Shown one piece after another: positions 44,350 to 54,367 of a stretch of 64,000 nucleotides of DNA. The stretch is from the IMG/VR virus record IMGVR_UViG_3300032321_001470; one strand, written 5' to 3'. Each line of letters opens with the position of its first letter. Position 1 is the first letter of the stretch. A program made the position numbers and the translations under genes. Source of the stretch: an uncultured virus (IMG/VR IMGVR_UViG_3300032321_001470) (taxonomy: Duplodnaviria > Heunggongvirae > Uroviricota > Caudoviricetes). Under the pieces are notes generated by a model, which was given only the letters and a program-made list of their open reading frames with translations, did not search any database and had not been told where the DNA came from.

Positions 44350-45462
44350 CTATCCTTGATATGCAATGATTATAAGACCATCAGACCCTGCCCCACCTGC
44401 GCCAGCCTGAATGTTTAGCGTTGAGTTTGCAGACGTGGTCGTTGAGGCAAACCGCACTGCCATATTACCACCGCCACCGCCGCCTCCGCCATTTTTCCCT
44501 GCCCCACCGCTCCCCGCGTTGGCAGTAATGACAGCGTTGGCGCTTGCCGCAAAGGAAACAGATCCCCCAGCAGCACCGCCTCCGCCATTTCCGCCATTTC
44601 CAGCATTTCCAACGGCTGGTGGAGTAGCGCTGCCAGAACTTCCTCCGCCGCCGCCAAGGCCCCCAGCAAGGCCGCCAGTCCCTGCGGCGCCAGAAATACT
44701 TGATGCATTTGTTGAGGTTGTTATTACGCAGGATGCTCCGTCCCCACCAGCAACTGGCGTGTCATTATGCACAGGAAAATAAACCGATGCGCCAGTTACG
44801 GAACCAAGACCCTGAACCCCAGCAGCGCCACCAGTTGCTGCGGATGCAAGTCCTGCAACTCCGTTCACCACAGTTGCACCGTGCACAGTTGCTGATGCAG
44901 TTCCGCCAGAACCGGCAGAGCCTGATACTGCATTGGTGGTTCCAGCCCCTGCCGATAGATATGAGCCAAACGTTGTCGCGGATGTAGACCCTGCGACACC
45001 GCCGAAAATTGTTTGTGCCGCAAGGGCAGATCCTGAAGATTTTACCAAGGTTCCGGCAGTTCCCCCAGTGCCGCCAGGTGAAACATTTACAGAAACAGAG
45101 GATACTCCGCCCACATAAATGCCAACTGCATAGGCAACAGCACCAGATCCACCACTTCCTCCACCTTTAGCGTTAGGCGTTCCGTTTGCAGTATCAATCA
45201 CTATTTGCCCACATTGACCACCACCGCCTGCGCCGCGTGCAAACGCAAATTCAAGAACGGTAACCGTTTCTGGTCGTATCCACGTACTAGAGTTTAGAGG
45301 AAAAGATACAACGGTTAATTTACTATTCAGCGCAAACCAGTTTGTTCCGTCGTAAACATTAATGCTATCCGTGCCTGTATCAAAATACGTGTCACCAGCA
45401 ACAGCGCTTCCTGGTGCGCTGGAATAATTAGGAATGTTATATTGAGTAAGGATTTTAGGCAT
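44350..45462 (-). CDS. Gly-rich tail fibre/adhesin, paralog 3
   Basis: GDTYFDT...VYDGTNW N-module; polyGly motifs; DGLIIIAYQG end. Confidence 0.78.
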   Translation of the reverse strand: MPKILTQYNIPNYSSAPGSAVAGDTYFDTGTDSINVYDGTNWFALNSKLTVVSFPLNSSTWIRPETVTVLEFAFARGAGGGGQCGQIVIDTANGTPNAKGGGSGGSGAVAYAVGIYVGGVSSVSVNVSPGGTGGTAGTLVKSSGSALAAQTIFGGVAGSTSATTFGSYLSAGAGTTNAVSGSAGSGGTASATVHGATVVNGVAGLASAATGGAAGVQGLGSVTGASVYFPVHNDTPVAGGDGASCVITTSTNASSISGAAGTGGLAGGLGGGGGSSGSATPPAVGNAGNGGNGGGGAAGGSVSFAASANAVITANAGSGGAGKNGGGGGGGGNMAVRFASTTTSANSTLNIQAGAGGAGSDGLIIIAYQG

Positions 45463-45464
45463 GA

Positions 45465-46604
45465 TTACGCCACATAGGCAATATAGATGCGACCGTCGCC
45501 ACCATTGCCCCCCGCTGGAACTGTCATGCTAATTGTGAGCCCAGTATACTGCGCAGTTGGTGCCGCAAGGCAGGCAGAGCCAGATGCGCCACCGCCACAA
45601 CCAATATTTCCATCTGAACCTTTGCCAGCGGTAATGTTTAAAGATACGCCACTTGTTGCGCCAGTGGCGCCAATAGCAATTCCTCCGCCACTTCCACCAG
45701 TACCGCCGCCGCCAGAGCCTCCCTGCCCGCCCTCATAGCAAGCAACACCAGCACTAACACCAGCGGCACTTTGAGAAGAACCGCCACCACTACCTGCTGG
45801 AATGCCGCTAGCGGATGCTGGAGCAGTTGATGCACTAGATAAAGTGATTCCTGTAGAAGATCCAGAAACTATGCTGACAATTGGCGCTGTTTGATTAAAT
45901 CCGCTTTGCGCTAAAGATGCAGCATCTCTGTTGCCGCCAATATTTGTATAGCCCGGGTCTCCTGGTATGTAATCAATAGTTCCACCATAACCTCCGCCAA
46001 TAGCCCCATCTTTTTTCCCCGCTCCAACATAAGGTGTAACTGCTGTACCACCTTCGTAATCGTTTCCCGACCCAGCGGAGACGTATGATCCAAACGTTGT
46101 TGCACTATATGGTGCTGTGCTTGCAGAATACCCCTGCGTGCTTATCGTTGTTGATCCTGGAGATTTGCTAAACGTTTTTGCGGTTGCCCCAGTTTGACCA
46201 GTTGCAACTGAGACAGAAATTGTAGAATTTTGTCCAATGTATAAATTATCAACACGAACAACTGCACCAGCCCCACCACCGCTAGCGCCATTGGCAGAAA
46301 CAACTACTGAACTTCCAAAATTAGTTTGCAGTTCTCCGTTTTGTCCTCCACCGCCCGCACCAATAGCATAGACAAATTTTAGATGCGTTACGTTGCTTGG
46401 TCTGGTCCATGTATAAGAACCCGCCGTAAATGTTTCCACCTGATAACCGGCAAGGTCAATCCAACGAGAAGCCGATAAAGCGGTTGAATTTACGTAGATT
46501 CGCACAGAGTTTGTGGTTGTATTAAAGTATGCATCTCCGTCTGCGGGCGAAGAAGGATCTGATGCATAGTTTGGAAGATTTTGACTAGTTAAAAATGCTG
46601 GCAT
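45465..46604 (-). CDS. Gly-rich tail fibre/adhesin, paralog 2
   Basis: GDAYFNT N-module; YTWTRPSNVT; GGNGGDGRIYIAY end. Confidence 0.78.
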   Translation of the reverse strand: MPAFLTSQNLPNYASDPSSPADGDAYFNTTTNSVRIYVNSTALSASRWIDLAGYQVETFTAGSYTWTRPSNVTHLKFVYAIGAGGGGQNGELQTNFGSSVVVSANGASGGGAGAVVRVDNLYIGQNSTISVSVATGQTGATAKTFSKSPGSTTISTQGYSASTAPYSATTFGSYVSAGSGNDYEGGTAVTPYVGAGKKDGAIGGGYGGTIDYIPGDPGYTNIGGNRDAASLAQSGFNQTAPIVSIVSGSSTGITLSSASTAPASASGIPAGSGGGSSQSAAGVSAGVACYEGGQGGSGGGGTGGSGGGIAIGATGATSGVSLNITAGKGSDGNIGCGGGASGSACLAAPTAQYTGLTISMTVPAGGNGGDGRIYIAYVA

Positions 46605-46607
46605 CTT

Positions 46608-47747
46608 TTATCCTTGATACGCAATAATAATAAGTCCGCCGCCGCCGGAACCGCCAGCGCCAGAGGTAAGCGATATTGTTGATGCATCATACACTGCCGT
46701 GCTGCCGCTCGTAAGAGAGATTGACCCACCGGCTCCGCCGCCTCCTCCCTGCACGCCAGCAGATCCTGCACCAGCAGCGCGGGAAACAGTAGATGTTGAT
46801 GCAACATGAATGTGCAAGCAAGAACCAGCAGCACCGCCGCCCCCAGCGCCACCCGCGCCACCCGCTCGTGAAGTCGCGCCAGATGCTCCAGCAATCCCGC
46901 CACCACCACCACCGCCGCCACCTAAAACAGAATTTCCAGCGCCTGCGGCTGCGCCTGCCGTTCCAGTTGCCGTAGACCCGCCAGTGCCCGACGCGGACCC
47001 CCCGGCAGTGGCAGTAGCGTTTGTTTGATTGTAATACAAAAAATTAGGAAGTTGTATGCTAGAAGCACCGCCAGCAAAACCAGTTGTAGTGGATGTTCCG
47101 CCAGTTCCACCGGTTGCGCCGTAGGTATTGTTGGGATTATTTATTTCATAACTTGCACCAGAAGATCCACCGCCGCCATTCCCAGCACTACCGGCATTAT
47201 TGTTAAACCCACCGCCAGTGCCACCCAATGCCGTTACTAGGGTTCCAAATGATGTTGAGGCGCCGCTCGTTCCAGCCCCACCACCCTGAAGGGATGTCGT
47301 TGATGATGCGGCTGCTTTTGAAAACGTTCTTGCAGTACCGCCAGCACCACCTGCGCCAACAACCATGTCAATACTTGTTTTATCAGCAATGTAGACATTT
47401 GTAAAATAAACTAAATGTCCCGCCCCACCACCACCGTTTCCTCCAGTGGAAGAGGTGGTAGCACGAACGCAATTAAGTTTTCCGCTGGCTCCTCCTCCTC
47501 CGCCACTTCGCAAAAAAAGAAAATCTAAATATGTGACATTTGCTGGTCGAGTCCATGTATATGATCCTGGTGTGTATGCTTGAACGACAGTTTTTTGCCC
47601 AAGCCCAAGCCATTTAGGCGTCCCGTCAATGTTGACGTACACCTTTGGTTCTTTGTCAGTCGTGTCAAAATAAATATCGCCCACAGATGGACTAGATGGT
47701 GCTGAGGAGTATTGGGGCAACTGTGCTGATGTTGGAATGTCTGGCAC
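46608..47747 (-). CDS. Gly-rich tail fibre/adhesin, paralog 1
   Basis: GDIYFDT N-module; YTWTRPANVT; GGLIIIAYQG end. Confidence 0.78.
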   Translation of the reverse strand: MPDIPTSAQLPQYSSAPSSPSVGDIYFDTTDKEPKVYVNIDGTPKWLGLGQKTVVQAYTPGSYTWTRPANVTYLDFLFLRSGGGGGASGKLNCVRATTSSTGGNGGGGAGHLVYFTNVYIADKTSIDMVVGAGGAGGTARTFSKAAASSTTSLQGGGAGTSGASTSFGTLVTALGGTGGGFNNNAGSAGNGGGGSSGASYEINNPNNTYGATGGTGGTSTTTGFAGGASSIQLPNFLYYNQTNATATAGGSASGTGGSTATGTAGAAAGAGNSVLGGGGGGGGGIAGASGATSRAGGAGGAGGGGAAGSCLHIHVASTSTVSRAAGAGSAGVQGGGGGAGGSISLTSGSTAVYDASTISLTSGAGGSGGGGLIIIAYQG

Positions 47748-47756
47748 GTTACCTCC

Positions 47757-48884
47757 TTATCCTGTGATAACAACCCTGTAGTTGCTCCCTGTGACGGAAG
47801 CGGGGAAAGTGATGGTAACGGTTCCAGTTGGGGTTCCAGATGACAAGTTAATTGTGTGGTCTGGGATAAGATATTTGCCTGTAGTTGTATCGTAAACCAT
47901 GGCGGTAACCCACACTGCGCCAAGCCCGTGGGTGACAGTAAACGATGTTCCCGTCCCTGTGAGTGCGGCGCTATATAGCCTAACAACCGTAACACCTTCA
48001 ACCGCGACTATTCCTGCGGCGGAACGAGCCAATGTTGTGTCTGTAGCGTGACCAAGTTCAATGGTCCCCACGCCAATGGCGGCAGATGTTGAGGTAGCAA
48101 ATGCGCCGAGGTTGTCAGATTTTAGCGGTACGGTTGCGGTGTCAATTGCAATGCTAGGAGTTGAGGCATTACCAGTCCCGCCAGTTACCGTAACCCCTGT
48201 CCCTCCAGATACGGTTGCTGCGAAGTTTCCGCTGGTGACGTTTGCTGTTGAGTGGGAGTGGCCAGAAAGACTTACTGCTGTGCCACCCTGTGAGAGTGTT
48301 CCAGATGTTACGTTAAGACCGGTTGTAGCAACAGTTGCTCTCTCTGTTCCTCCAATATCAAATGACAACGTGTCGTCAGAGGTAATGTAGTTTTTTCCTG
48401 CTTGCCCAACAAGTTCTAGCTCAGCAAATCCCGCCCCGCCAGCACTAACCCCAACTGTTACGCTCGCTGGACCAACTACCTCAAGTTGATGGGCTGGTGA
48501 GTTAGTTCCAATGCCAAACTTACCAGCAGGAGTAATGCGCGCTCGTTCTGCACCACCTGTGCCAAACACAAGAGCACCGTTGGTCTCTGCGTTCCACAAA
48601 TATCCGACATCGCTATCTGCCATAAGCAGGTACATACCGTCTTCGGTTCCAGATCCAGATGTGGTGTTCAGAAGCTGAACTTTGGAATCTGCCTTATTGA
48701 TTTGGAGGTTATTTGCAAACGATGTGTGCGTGTGCCCTGATGCCCCAAGGGCAACCCAGGACGTGCCGTTATACACATAAGCGGTATTGGCAACCGTGTC
48801 GTAGTAGGCGTCCCCTGCCGCTGGCGACGACGGGGCTGTAGCCAGATTTGGCAGGGTAAGGCGGGTACCAATGAATTTACTCAT
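47757..48884 (-). CDS. Tail fibre protein
   Basis: GDAYYDT...VYNGTSW; ERARITPAGKFGIGTNSP repeat; THGLG C-terminal domain. Confidence 0.78.
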   Translation of the reverse strand: MSKFIGTRLTLPNLATAPSSPAAGDAYYDTVANTAYVYNGTSWVALGASGHTHTSFANNLQINKADSKVQLLNTTSGSGTEDGMYLLMADSDVGYLWNAETNGALVFGTGGAERARITPAGKFGIGTNSPAHQLEVVGPASVTVGVSAGGAGFAELELVGQAGKNYITSDDTLSFDIGGTERATVATTGLNVTSGTLSQGGTAVSLSGHSHSTANVTSGNFAATVSGGTGVTVTGGTGNASTPSIAIDTATVPLKSDNLGAFATSTSAAIGVGTIELGHATDTTLARSAAGIVAVEGVTVVRLYSAALTGTGTSFTVTHGLGAVWVTAMVYDTTTGKYLIPDHTINLSSGTPTGTVTITFPASVTGSNYRVVITG

Positions 48885-48920
48885 AGACCTATTCTAACAG
48901 CCCCTAGGCTGCGCCGCTAG

Positions 48921-50564
48921 TTATCCTACGATTGCGTAGCGGTACGTCCCGGCAAGGCTAATTGTGATCGTTGCAACGGTTGTGCTTGTGGCGACAACCT
49001 CTGCGTAGACGAGCTCGTCGGCTGAGTCATAGATTCCAACTGTAATGTCCTTTGAGCCAAGGCTGTGGGTGATTGCCTTTGCCTCGCCGGCTGTCCAGGT
49101 GGCGCTTCCTGCCTTCTTGCGGGCGATGGTAAAGCCGGACTCGGCAAGCGCGTCTCGAGCGCCAGATGCGCTCGTAGCACCAGTACCACCGTTTGCAAGG
49201 GCGATTGCGGTGCCGTTCCAAGTGCCAGAAGTGATTGTTCCAACCGAGGTAAGGCTTGAAGCAGTAACTCCGCTTCCAAGGGTTGTCCCGCTAAGAACTT
49301 CCGTGCCATTAATTCTGTATACCTTGCCATTGGCAATATTGACATGCTCAGAAAGAGTCCACGCGTCAGTTGCATCAACCCAGTTGATGGTCTTGTCCGT
49401 AGCGCCCTTGAGTGTAATGCCGCCGCCGTCAGCAGTTGCATCGCTTGGCGTGGCGACCGAGCCAAGCTCAATGTTCTTGTCGTCTACGGTTAGCGTGGTT
49501 GAGTTAAGCGTGGTAGTTGTTCCGTTGACCGTAAGGTCGCCAGAAAGCACAAGGCTTGTACCAGTTGCTGCGCCAATGTTTGGCGTGACCAGGGTTGGTG
49601 TATTGGCAAAGACCAGCGCACCAGTGCCCGTCTCGTCAGAGATTACGCCAGCAAGTTCGCTGGACGATGTTGCAGCAAACGCGCTAAGCTTGTTATTAGT
49701 AAGCGCAATCGTACCGCTTGCATCAGGTAGGGCAATGGTGCGATCCGCTGTTGGATCTGTTGCTTCAAGTCGTGTTTCGTTGACGTCATCGGTTGCGCCC
49801 TCAAACGAAATCCCGTGCGTTGCAGGAAGCTGAATTCCGTGAATAACTGGCGTGCTGGCAGTAGCGGTAAGCGTTACTCCGTCAAGAGTTGCGCTTGTCC
49901 CAAATACCAATGCCCCAGTTCCGGTTTCTCCAGTGACTGCGCTTGCAAGGTTTGCCGAAGATGGCGTGGCAAGGAACGTGGCAACGCCAGTTCCAAGGCC
50001 AGAAACACCCGTGCTGATTGGCAAGCCAGTTGCATTGGTGAGCGTTGCGCTTGACGGCGTGCCAAGAACAGGCGTAACCAACGTTGGGCTGGTGGCAAAT
50101 ACCAGCGCTCCAGATCCGGTCTCATCGGAGATGGTGTTCTTAAGTTCAAGGGAGGTCGTTGCCGCAAAATCGCTCAGCTTGTTGGCAGTGCTTGCCTTGC
50201 TGGCAGCAAGGTCGTAAGCGGCCTTGACCGCAGTTGGCGTGGCAGCAAGAATGCTGCTGGTTGTGCTGGTGGAGTCGCTGAGCTGAACGGCACCGACAAC
50301 GGACGTTGTGGCGGCGGCAATGGTGATGTTTGGCGTGGTACCACCGGACGAAGAAATCGCGCCAGAGCCAGTGACGGCAGTAACGGTTCCGCTTCCGGTT
50401 CCGATTACCTGCCAGGCGGAACCGTCATAAACCTTAAGGACATCAGTGCTGCTGTTGTAGTAAACCTGCCCCTGAGCTGGAGAGGCTGGGTCGGAGGGAA
50501 GGTTTTGAATAACAGCATTCTGTAGTTCATTTTTCTGGAGGTCAAGAACTGTTAGGAATTTCAT
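48921..50564 (-). CDS. Tail fibre protein
   Basis: GQVYYNS...VYDGSAW; DETGSGALVFA repeats; GGTGATSA; THSLG C-terminal domain. Confidence 0.8.
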   Translation of the reverse strand: MKFLTVLDLQKNELQNAVIQNLPSDPASPAQGQVYYNSSTDVLKVYDGSAWQVIGTGSGTVTAVTGSGAISSSGGTTPNITIAAATTSVVGAVQLSDSTSTTSSILAATPTAVKAAYDLAASKASTANKLSDFAATTSLELKNTISDETGSGALVFATSPTLVTPVLGTPSSATLTNATGLPISTGVSGLGTGVATFLATPSSANLASAVTGETGTGALVFGTSATLDGVTLTATASTPVIHGIQLPATHGISFEGATDDVNETRLEATDPTADRTIALPDASGTIALTNNKLSAFAATSSSELAGVISDETGTGALVFANTPTLVTPNIGAATGTSLVLSGDLTVNGTTTTLNSTTLTVDDKNIELGSVATPSDATADGGGITLKGATDKTINWVDATDAWTLSEHVNIANGKVYRINGTEVLSGTTLGSGVTASSLTSVGTITSGTWNGTAIALANGGTGATSASGARDALAESGFTIARKKAGSATWTAGEAKAITHSLGSKDITVGIYDSADELVYAEVVATSTTVATITISLAGTYRYAIVG

Positions 50565-50573
50565 TTTTGATCC

Positions 50574-50873
50574 TTAATTTAGATATGCCTTGCCGCCAAA
50601 GGGACTCGAGAAGCTCACTATAACTTGATTGCTCGACGCATAGAAGACTTCGCCAATCTGAACAGCTCCGGCGCTGTCAACAATTGTTACACTTGGGAAC
50701 CTTCCAAGGTTGTGGGTAATAGTCCAGGTTGACGAAGAGGAGAGCTGATTGTGCGTGTATGTTGCGCCACCAATAATTGCGACAGAGGACGTAGTTGTGA
50801 TGAGGTTGCTTGTGTCGGTAACTGTAATTGAGCCGCTAGACTCGGCGATAATTGCATTAAAGTCGTCAATCAT
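50574..50873 (-). CDS. Small structural protein (THNLG domain)
   Basis: TWTITHNLGRFPSVTIVD...GKAYLN. Confidence 0.7.
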   Translation of the reverse strand: MIDDFNAIIAESSGSITVTDTSNLITTTSSVAIIGGATYTHNQLSSSSTWTITHNLGRFPSVTIVDSAGAVQIGEVFYASSNQVIVSFSSPFGGKAYLN

Positions 50874-51217
50874 CTGGTAATTTCTCCGCTTACAAGAAAC
50901 TCGCCTTCAACAACCCTGCTGACAATGCCGCTCGAAGAAACAACCTCAAGGTCGTATCGATACTTTCCCGCGGGGATAATTGCCGTGGTTGCGGCCGGCA
51001 CAGTAATCTCTATTTCCCCAGAAGCATTGAGCGTAATTCCAGCACCGCTGGTTGCAAGGGTCAATTGAACCCCCGGGGCGCCCCGAGAAGAGCGCACCTT
51101 CATTCTGGCAGTGTACGTAGAAAGATTCACCACGACGCCGCTTGAGTCTTTGTACGTAATCTCCCGGACAAGCGTTGCACCCTGTTCGCAGATGATGTCA
51201 TAAATACTTGCAGGCAT
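50870..51217 (-). CDS. BppU-N-like baseplate/fibre attachment protein
   Basis: EQGAT...VNLSTYTARMKVR...YRYDLEV...RVVEG. Confidence 0.7.
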   Translation of the reverse strand: MPASIYDIICEQGATLVREITYKDSSGVVVNLSTYTARMKVRSSRGAPGVQLTLATSGAGITLNASGEIEITVPAATTAIIPAGKYRYDLEVVSSSGIVSRVVEGEFLVSGEITR

Positions 51218-51293
51218 GCCGCCATTTTCTGTTAGTTTTTCAGTAAAGTCAATGCTTTGTGGTTTTACGTTGGGTATAGTGTAATATACAAGT

Positions 51294-51833
51294 ATGGGTA
51301 AGCCGGGGCGAAAGCCACAAGCACAGATTGACGCGTTGCGGGAGCAGATTACGCAACTGCTCCTTAACGGCGTGCCTACGGCACAAATCTCCAAGGCTAC
51401 CGACCTCTCTGTCCACACTGTTAGGGAGCACATTCGGGCGATTAGAAAGAAGTGGGCAGAGGACCAACCCGACCAAATCCTTACAAGGGCAGAACTTGTC
51501 CAGCGCGCCAGAATGATTGGCCAGCAAGCTGCGGTTGGCGCCTCTAAGGCTCGTGGCTCGGCAATGGAGATCCAGTACCTAAAGATTCAAATTGAAATAT
51601 TAGATAAGGTTGCAAAGTTGACTGGGGCCTACGCGCCAGTTCGCCAAGAGGTTAGCGGTGTTGATGGTGGGGCAATTGAGATTTCCAAAACCCCCCACGA
51701 GATTGACACGCTTACCGCTGGGGAGCTTTCCGGCAGGCTTGCAATATGGGCAAGGCAGTTAGAGGAGGCGTCAAAGATTGCAGAACACGAAGCAGAAGCA
51801 AAGCAAATCAAAGATACCAGCGCCGCCGAGTAA
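51294..51833 (+). CDS. terS: Terminase small subunit (HTH)
   Basis: N-terminal HTH; KLTGAYAP...EVSGVDGGAIE; directly upstream of TerL. Confidence 0.72.
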   Translation: MGKPGRKPQAQIDALREQITQLLLNGVPTAQISKATDLSVHTVREHIRAIRKKWAEDQPDQILTRAELVQRARMIGQQAAVGASKARGSAMEIQYLKIQIEILDKVAKLTGAYAPVRQEVSGVDGGAIEISKTPHEIDTLTAGELSGRLAIWARQLEEASKIAEHEAEAKQIKDTSAAE

Positions 51834-53241
51834 CGAGCAGTACCGCTCATGGCTTCGGGATAGGGCTGCCTCAGACGATGCCGCATTTGCGGAATATGTA
51901 AGCGGCCTAGTCTTCCCAAAGCACCTTAGGGAGATGGAGCACTTCCTCTCGGAAAACCCAAGGGCGCTTGTTCTAATGCCCAGAGGTCACGCAAAAACCA
52001 CGCAGTTAATCCATCGCGCGGCCAGATTAGTTGGCGTAACCCAGGGGAAGATTCGAATCGGAATTGTTACATCGGTTCTTTCTGACGCGCTTGCGCGATC
52101 AAGGGCAATCAAGACAATTGTTGAGTCTGCAAGTTTTGCAGAAATCTTCCCCTGGGCAAGGGGCGGGGTTGCGGGCGGGAAGTGGACCGACGAAGTCTGG
52201 ACCATTAAGGGCGTTAACCTTGGCAAGGACGCAACGTGCTTTGCAGATGGATTGACCTCGATTAAGCCTGGTCCGCGCCTTGACCTCCTAATTGCAGACG
52301 ACATTGTTGGACTTAGGGAAAACGCCACCCCAACCCAGCGACAAAAGGCAAGCGAGACCTACTGGCAGGTTATCGATCCGATGCTTGTTCCTGGCGCCAC
52401 AAGGTGGTACATCGGGACAAGATGGCACGAAGACGACTTCTATGCGGAGCTCACCAGCAAGGGAATTCCAACATATCTAAGAAAATCCCTTGAGGACGCT
52501 GGTCCGCTCTGGCCGGAAATGTATACCACCAACGATCTTGAGGTTAAGCGCGAAGAACTCGGCACGCCAATCTTCAACTTACAATACCAAAACGACGTTA
52601 CCTCCATGGGCGGAAACATCTTCCGCTATGAATTCTTTCAGTATGTTGATCAGGTGCCACCGGGGGCAAGGAGGGTAGGTGTAGACCTTGCCGCATCCGA
52701 AAGGGAGAGGTCAGACTACACCGCTGCGGTCGAAGTCGTGGAGGATGACGACCATAATCTTTACGTCGTTGGAGCGTACAGAACAAGAATTCAGCAGGGT
52801 CATCAAAAGTGGCTAACGGGAGTTGACCGAGAGGGGTCAATCGTTGATGACTCGTCTAGCCCAAAGCTTCTTTGGCCAGCAAAGTTTGTTGGCCTGCGCG
52901 GGCAACGAGATACCTGGGGTGACGAGCCAAGAAAGTTCACCGAGGTTAACATTGAGGCCGTCCAGTACCAGTCAACCTTTGTTCGCGAGTTGGTTAACGA
53001 GACTAGGCTTCCGGCCCGAGCCGTAAGGCCGGAAAGAGACAAAGTCTTTAGGTCCAGGTCCCTTGCCGCACGATACGAAGCGGGTAAGGTGTTTCACCTA
53101 AAGAATGGACCAGGGATTAGACAGCTTGAGTCTGAAATGATGTCTTTCCCAAACAGCGAACACGACGACCTTATTGACGCCCTTGTGTATGCCGCAGACG
53201 TTGGGACAATTGGATTCTACTTTACTGCCGCAAAGCGCTAG
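51778..53241 (+). CDS. terL: Terminase large subunit
   Basis: MPRGHAKT, LLIADD, GTRWHEDD, GVDLAAS...DYTA, HDDLIDA. Confidence 0.95.
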   Translation: MQNTKQKQSKSKIPAPPSNEQYRSWLRDRAASDDAAFAEYVSGLVFPKHLREMEHFLSENPRALVLMPRGHAKTTQLIHRAARLVGVTQGKIRIGIVTSVLSDALARSRAIKTIVESASFAEIFPWARGGVAGGKWTDEVWTIKGVNLGKDATCFADGLTSIKPGPRLDLLIADDIVGLRENATPTQRQKASETYWQVIDPMLVPGATRWYIGTRWHEDDFYAELTSKGIPTYLRKSLEDAGPLWPEMYTTNDLEVKREELGTPIFNLQYQNDVTSMGGNIFRYEFFQYVDQVPPGARRVGVDLAASERERSDYTAAVEVVEDDDHNLYVVGAYRTRIQQGHQKWLTGVDREGSIVDDSSSPKLLWPAKFVGLRGQRDTWGDEPRKFTEVNIEAVQYQSTFVRELVNETRLPARAVRPERDKVFRSRSLAARYEAGKVFHLKNGPGIRQLESEMMSFPNSEHDDLIDALVYAADVGTIGFYFTAAKR

Positions 53242-53615
53242 GACTTCCTAAACTGCCAAATTGTTGATTGCTTCTTGCACTTCCAGCAAGAGGCGGTGAT
53301 GATCGTTTCCACAATACTCGTCTTAAAGCCTTCGGTTGGCTTTTCTTGAGACCTAGTCCCACACGCAGAGCACTCCCAGAACCCCGACTGAGCAGCCTTA
53401 GCGCAGATTCGATACTGCCAAATATCTCGCTTTGGGTCTGGGTGCGCCCTTGCCTCGATCTCGTACCCGTCCTTCCTGAGCTCCTCAATTCTTGCGCCAA
53501 ATCGACCGCCACCGCAATCCGGCTGCATGATCACGCTCCCATCAATCCATACATTGAGGTTTCTTTGGAGGACCTCGAGCACTAGTTGCTTCCTGGTCTT
53601 CTTACTGGTATTCAC
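53238..53615 (-). CDS. Winged-HTH protein with Zn ribbon
   Basis: RFGARIEELRKDGYEI; CSAC...CWKC; AAAGGAG RBS before the GTG at 53615. Confidence 0.7.
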   Translation of the reverse strand: MNTSKKTRKQLVLEVLQRNLNVWIDGSVIMQPDCGGGRFGARIEELRKDGYEIEARAHPDPKRDIWQYRICAKAAQSGFWECSACGTRSQEKPTEGFKTSIVETIITASCWKCKKQSTIWQFRKS

Positions 53616-53658
53616 GCTCAAACTCCTTTCAGGATGATATGTTTGTTTACCTGCCAAG

Positions 53659-53688
53659 ATGATACATCTGTCGCAAGTGTTTTGTCAA
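53659..53688 (-). promoter_or_regulatory. Sigma70-type promoter
   Basis: TTGACA-N18-TATCAT. Confidence 0.65.
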
Positions 53689-53759
53689 TGCTAGGGGAAT
53701 GCCTAGTTTATGCCTAAAAACGTACCTTGGAATTCAAAGAATATCAAAGAAAACCAGGG

Positions 53760-53981
53760 CTAATCTTGATTTTTTGGCTTGGAATCGTTTGTATTAATTT
53801 CTTCCATAACGATCTCAAGCGCCCTGCGTAACCCAAGCACGTAGGAAAGCCTAGAAACAGAGTCAACCTTTCCCGGGAGGTTTGACTTGGACTGCTCGCT
53901 AAACGCTGCGGATATGGCTCCGGACAACCTTGAGACAATGCGCTTAGCGGCCAATTTCTGGGTCTGATCTGAGGATGACAT
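53760..53981 (-). CDS. Hypothetical protein
   Basis: AAGGAG RBS. Confidence 0.55.
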   Translation of the reverse strand: MSSSDQTQKLAAKRIVSRLSGAISAAFSEQSKSNLPGKVDSVSRLSYVLGLRRALEIVMEEINTNDSKPKNQD

Positions 53982-54336
53982 TGATCTCCTTGTTGAGGCT
54001 CTCGGCTATTTCCTTGATGTCCCTTGCGGCAGCCAAAACTTGCGAGCTTTTTCCGTTGATAGAAAACCTTACATCAAAAGTCCAAATTCCGCCTGTCTCC
54101 CTTGGCGGCTGGCACTTTACGGCAATGTTGTCCTGCTCGCCGTCTATCCCATAGACCGAGATGATGCCGCTAAGGACGCGGAAGATATGGGCAACAATTT
54201 CACTTGCCTGCTCCTCTTCCGTCTCGCTAAAAAACTTCTTTGCAAAGACCTTAAGGGAGGACGCGTAGAGGTCGCCTACCGAATCTCGGCTTGGCTTTGA
54301 CCAGGCAAGGTATCTTTCAAAATCGTCCATTGCCAC
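53944..54336 (-). CDS. Hypothetical protein
   Basis: ORF tiling the region. Confidence 0.55.
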   Translation of the reverse strand: MAMDDFERYLAWSKPSRDSVGDLYASSLKVFAKKFFSETEEEQASEIVAHIFRVLSGIISVYGIDGEQDNIAVKCQPPRETGGIWTFDVRFSINGKSSQVLAAARDIKEIAESLNKEINVILRSDPEIGR

Positions 54337-54367
54337 ATGGTAGCAAGCGCCTTGGTTTTTTCCAGGG

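Noticed and set aside
44350..47747. Diversity-generating retroelement or invertible fibre switch
   Set aside because: No reverse transcriptase, template/variable repeat pair, invertase or flanking inverted repeats are visible, and the paralogs are diverged throughout.
49045..49833. 262-aa plus-strand ORF
   Set aside because: Antisense shadow of the tail fibre gene.
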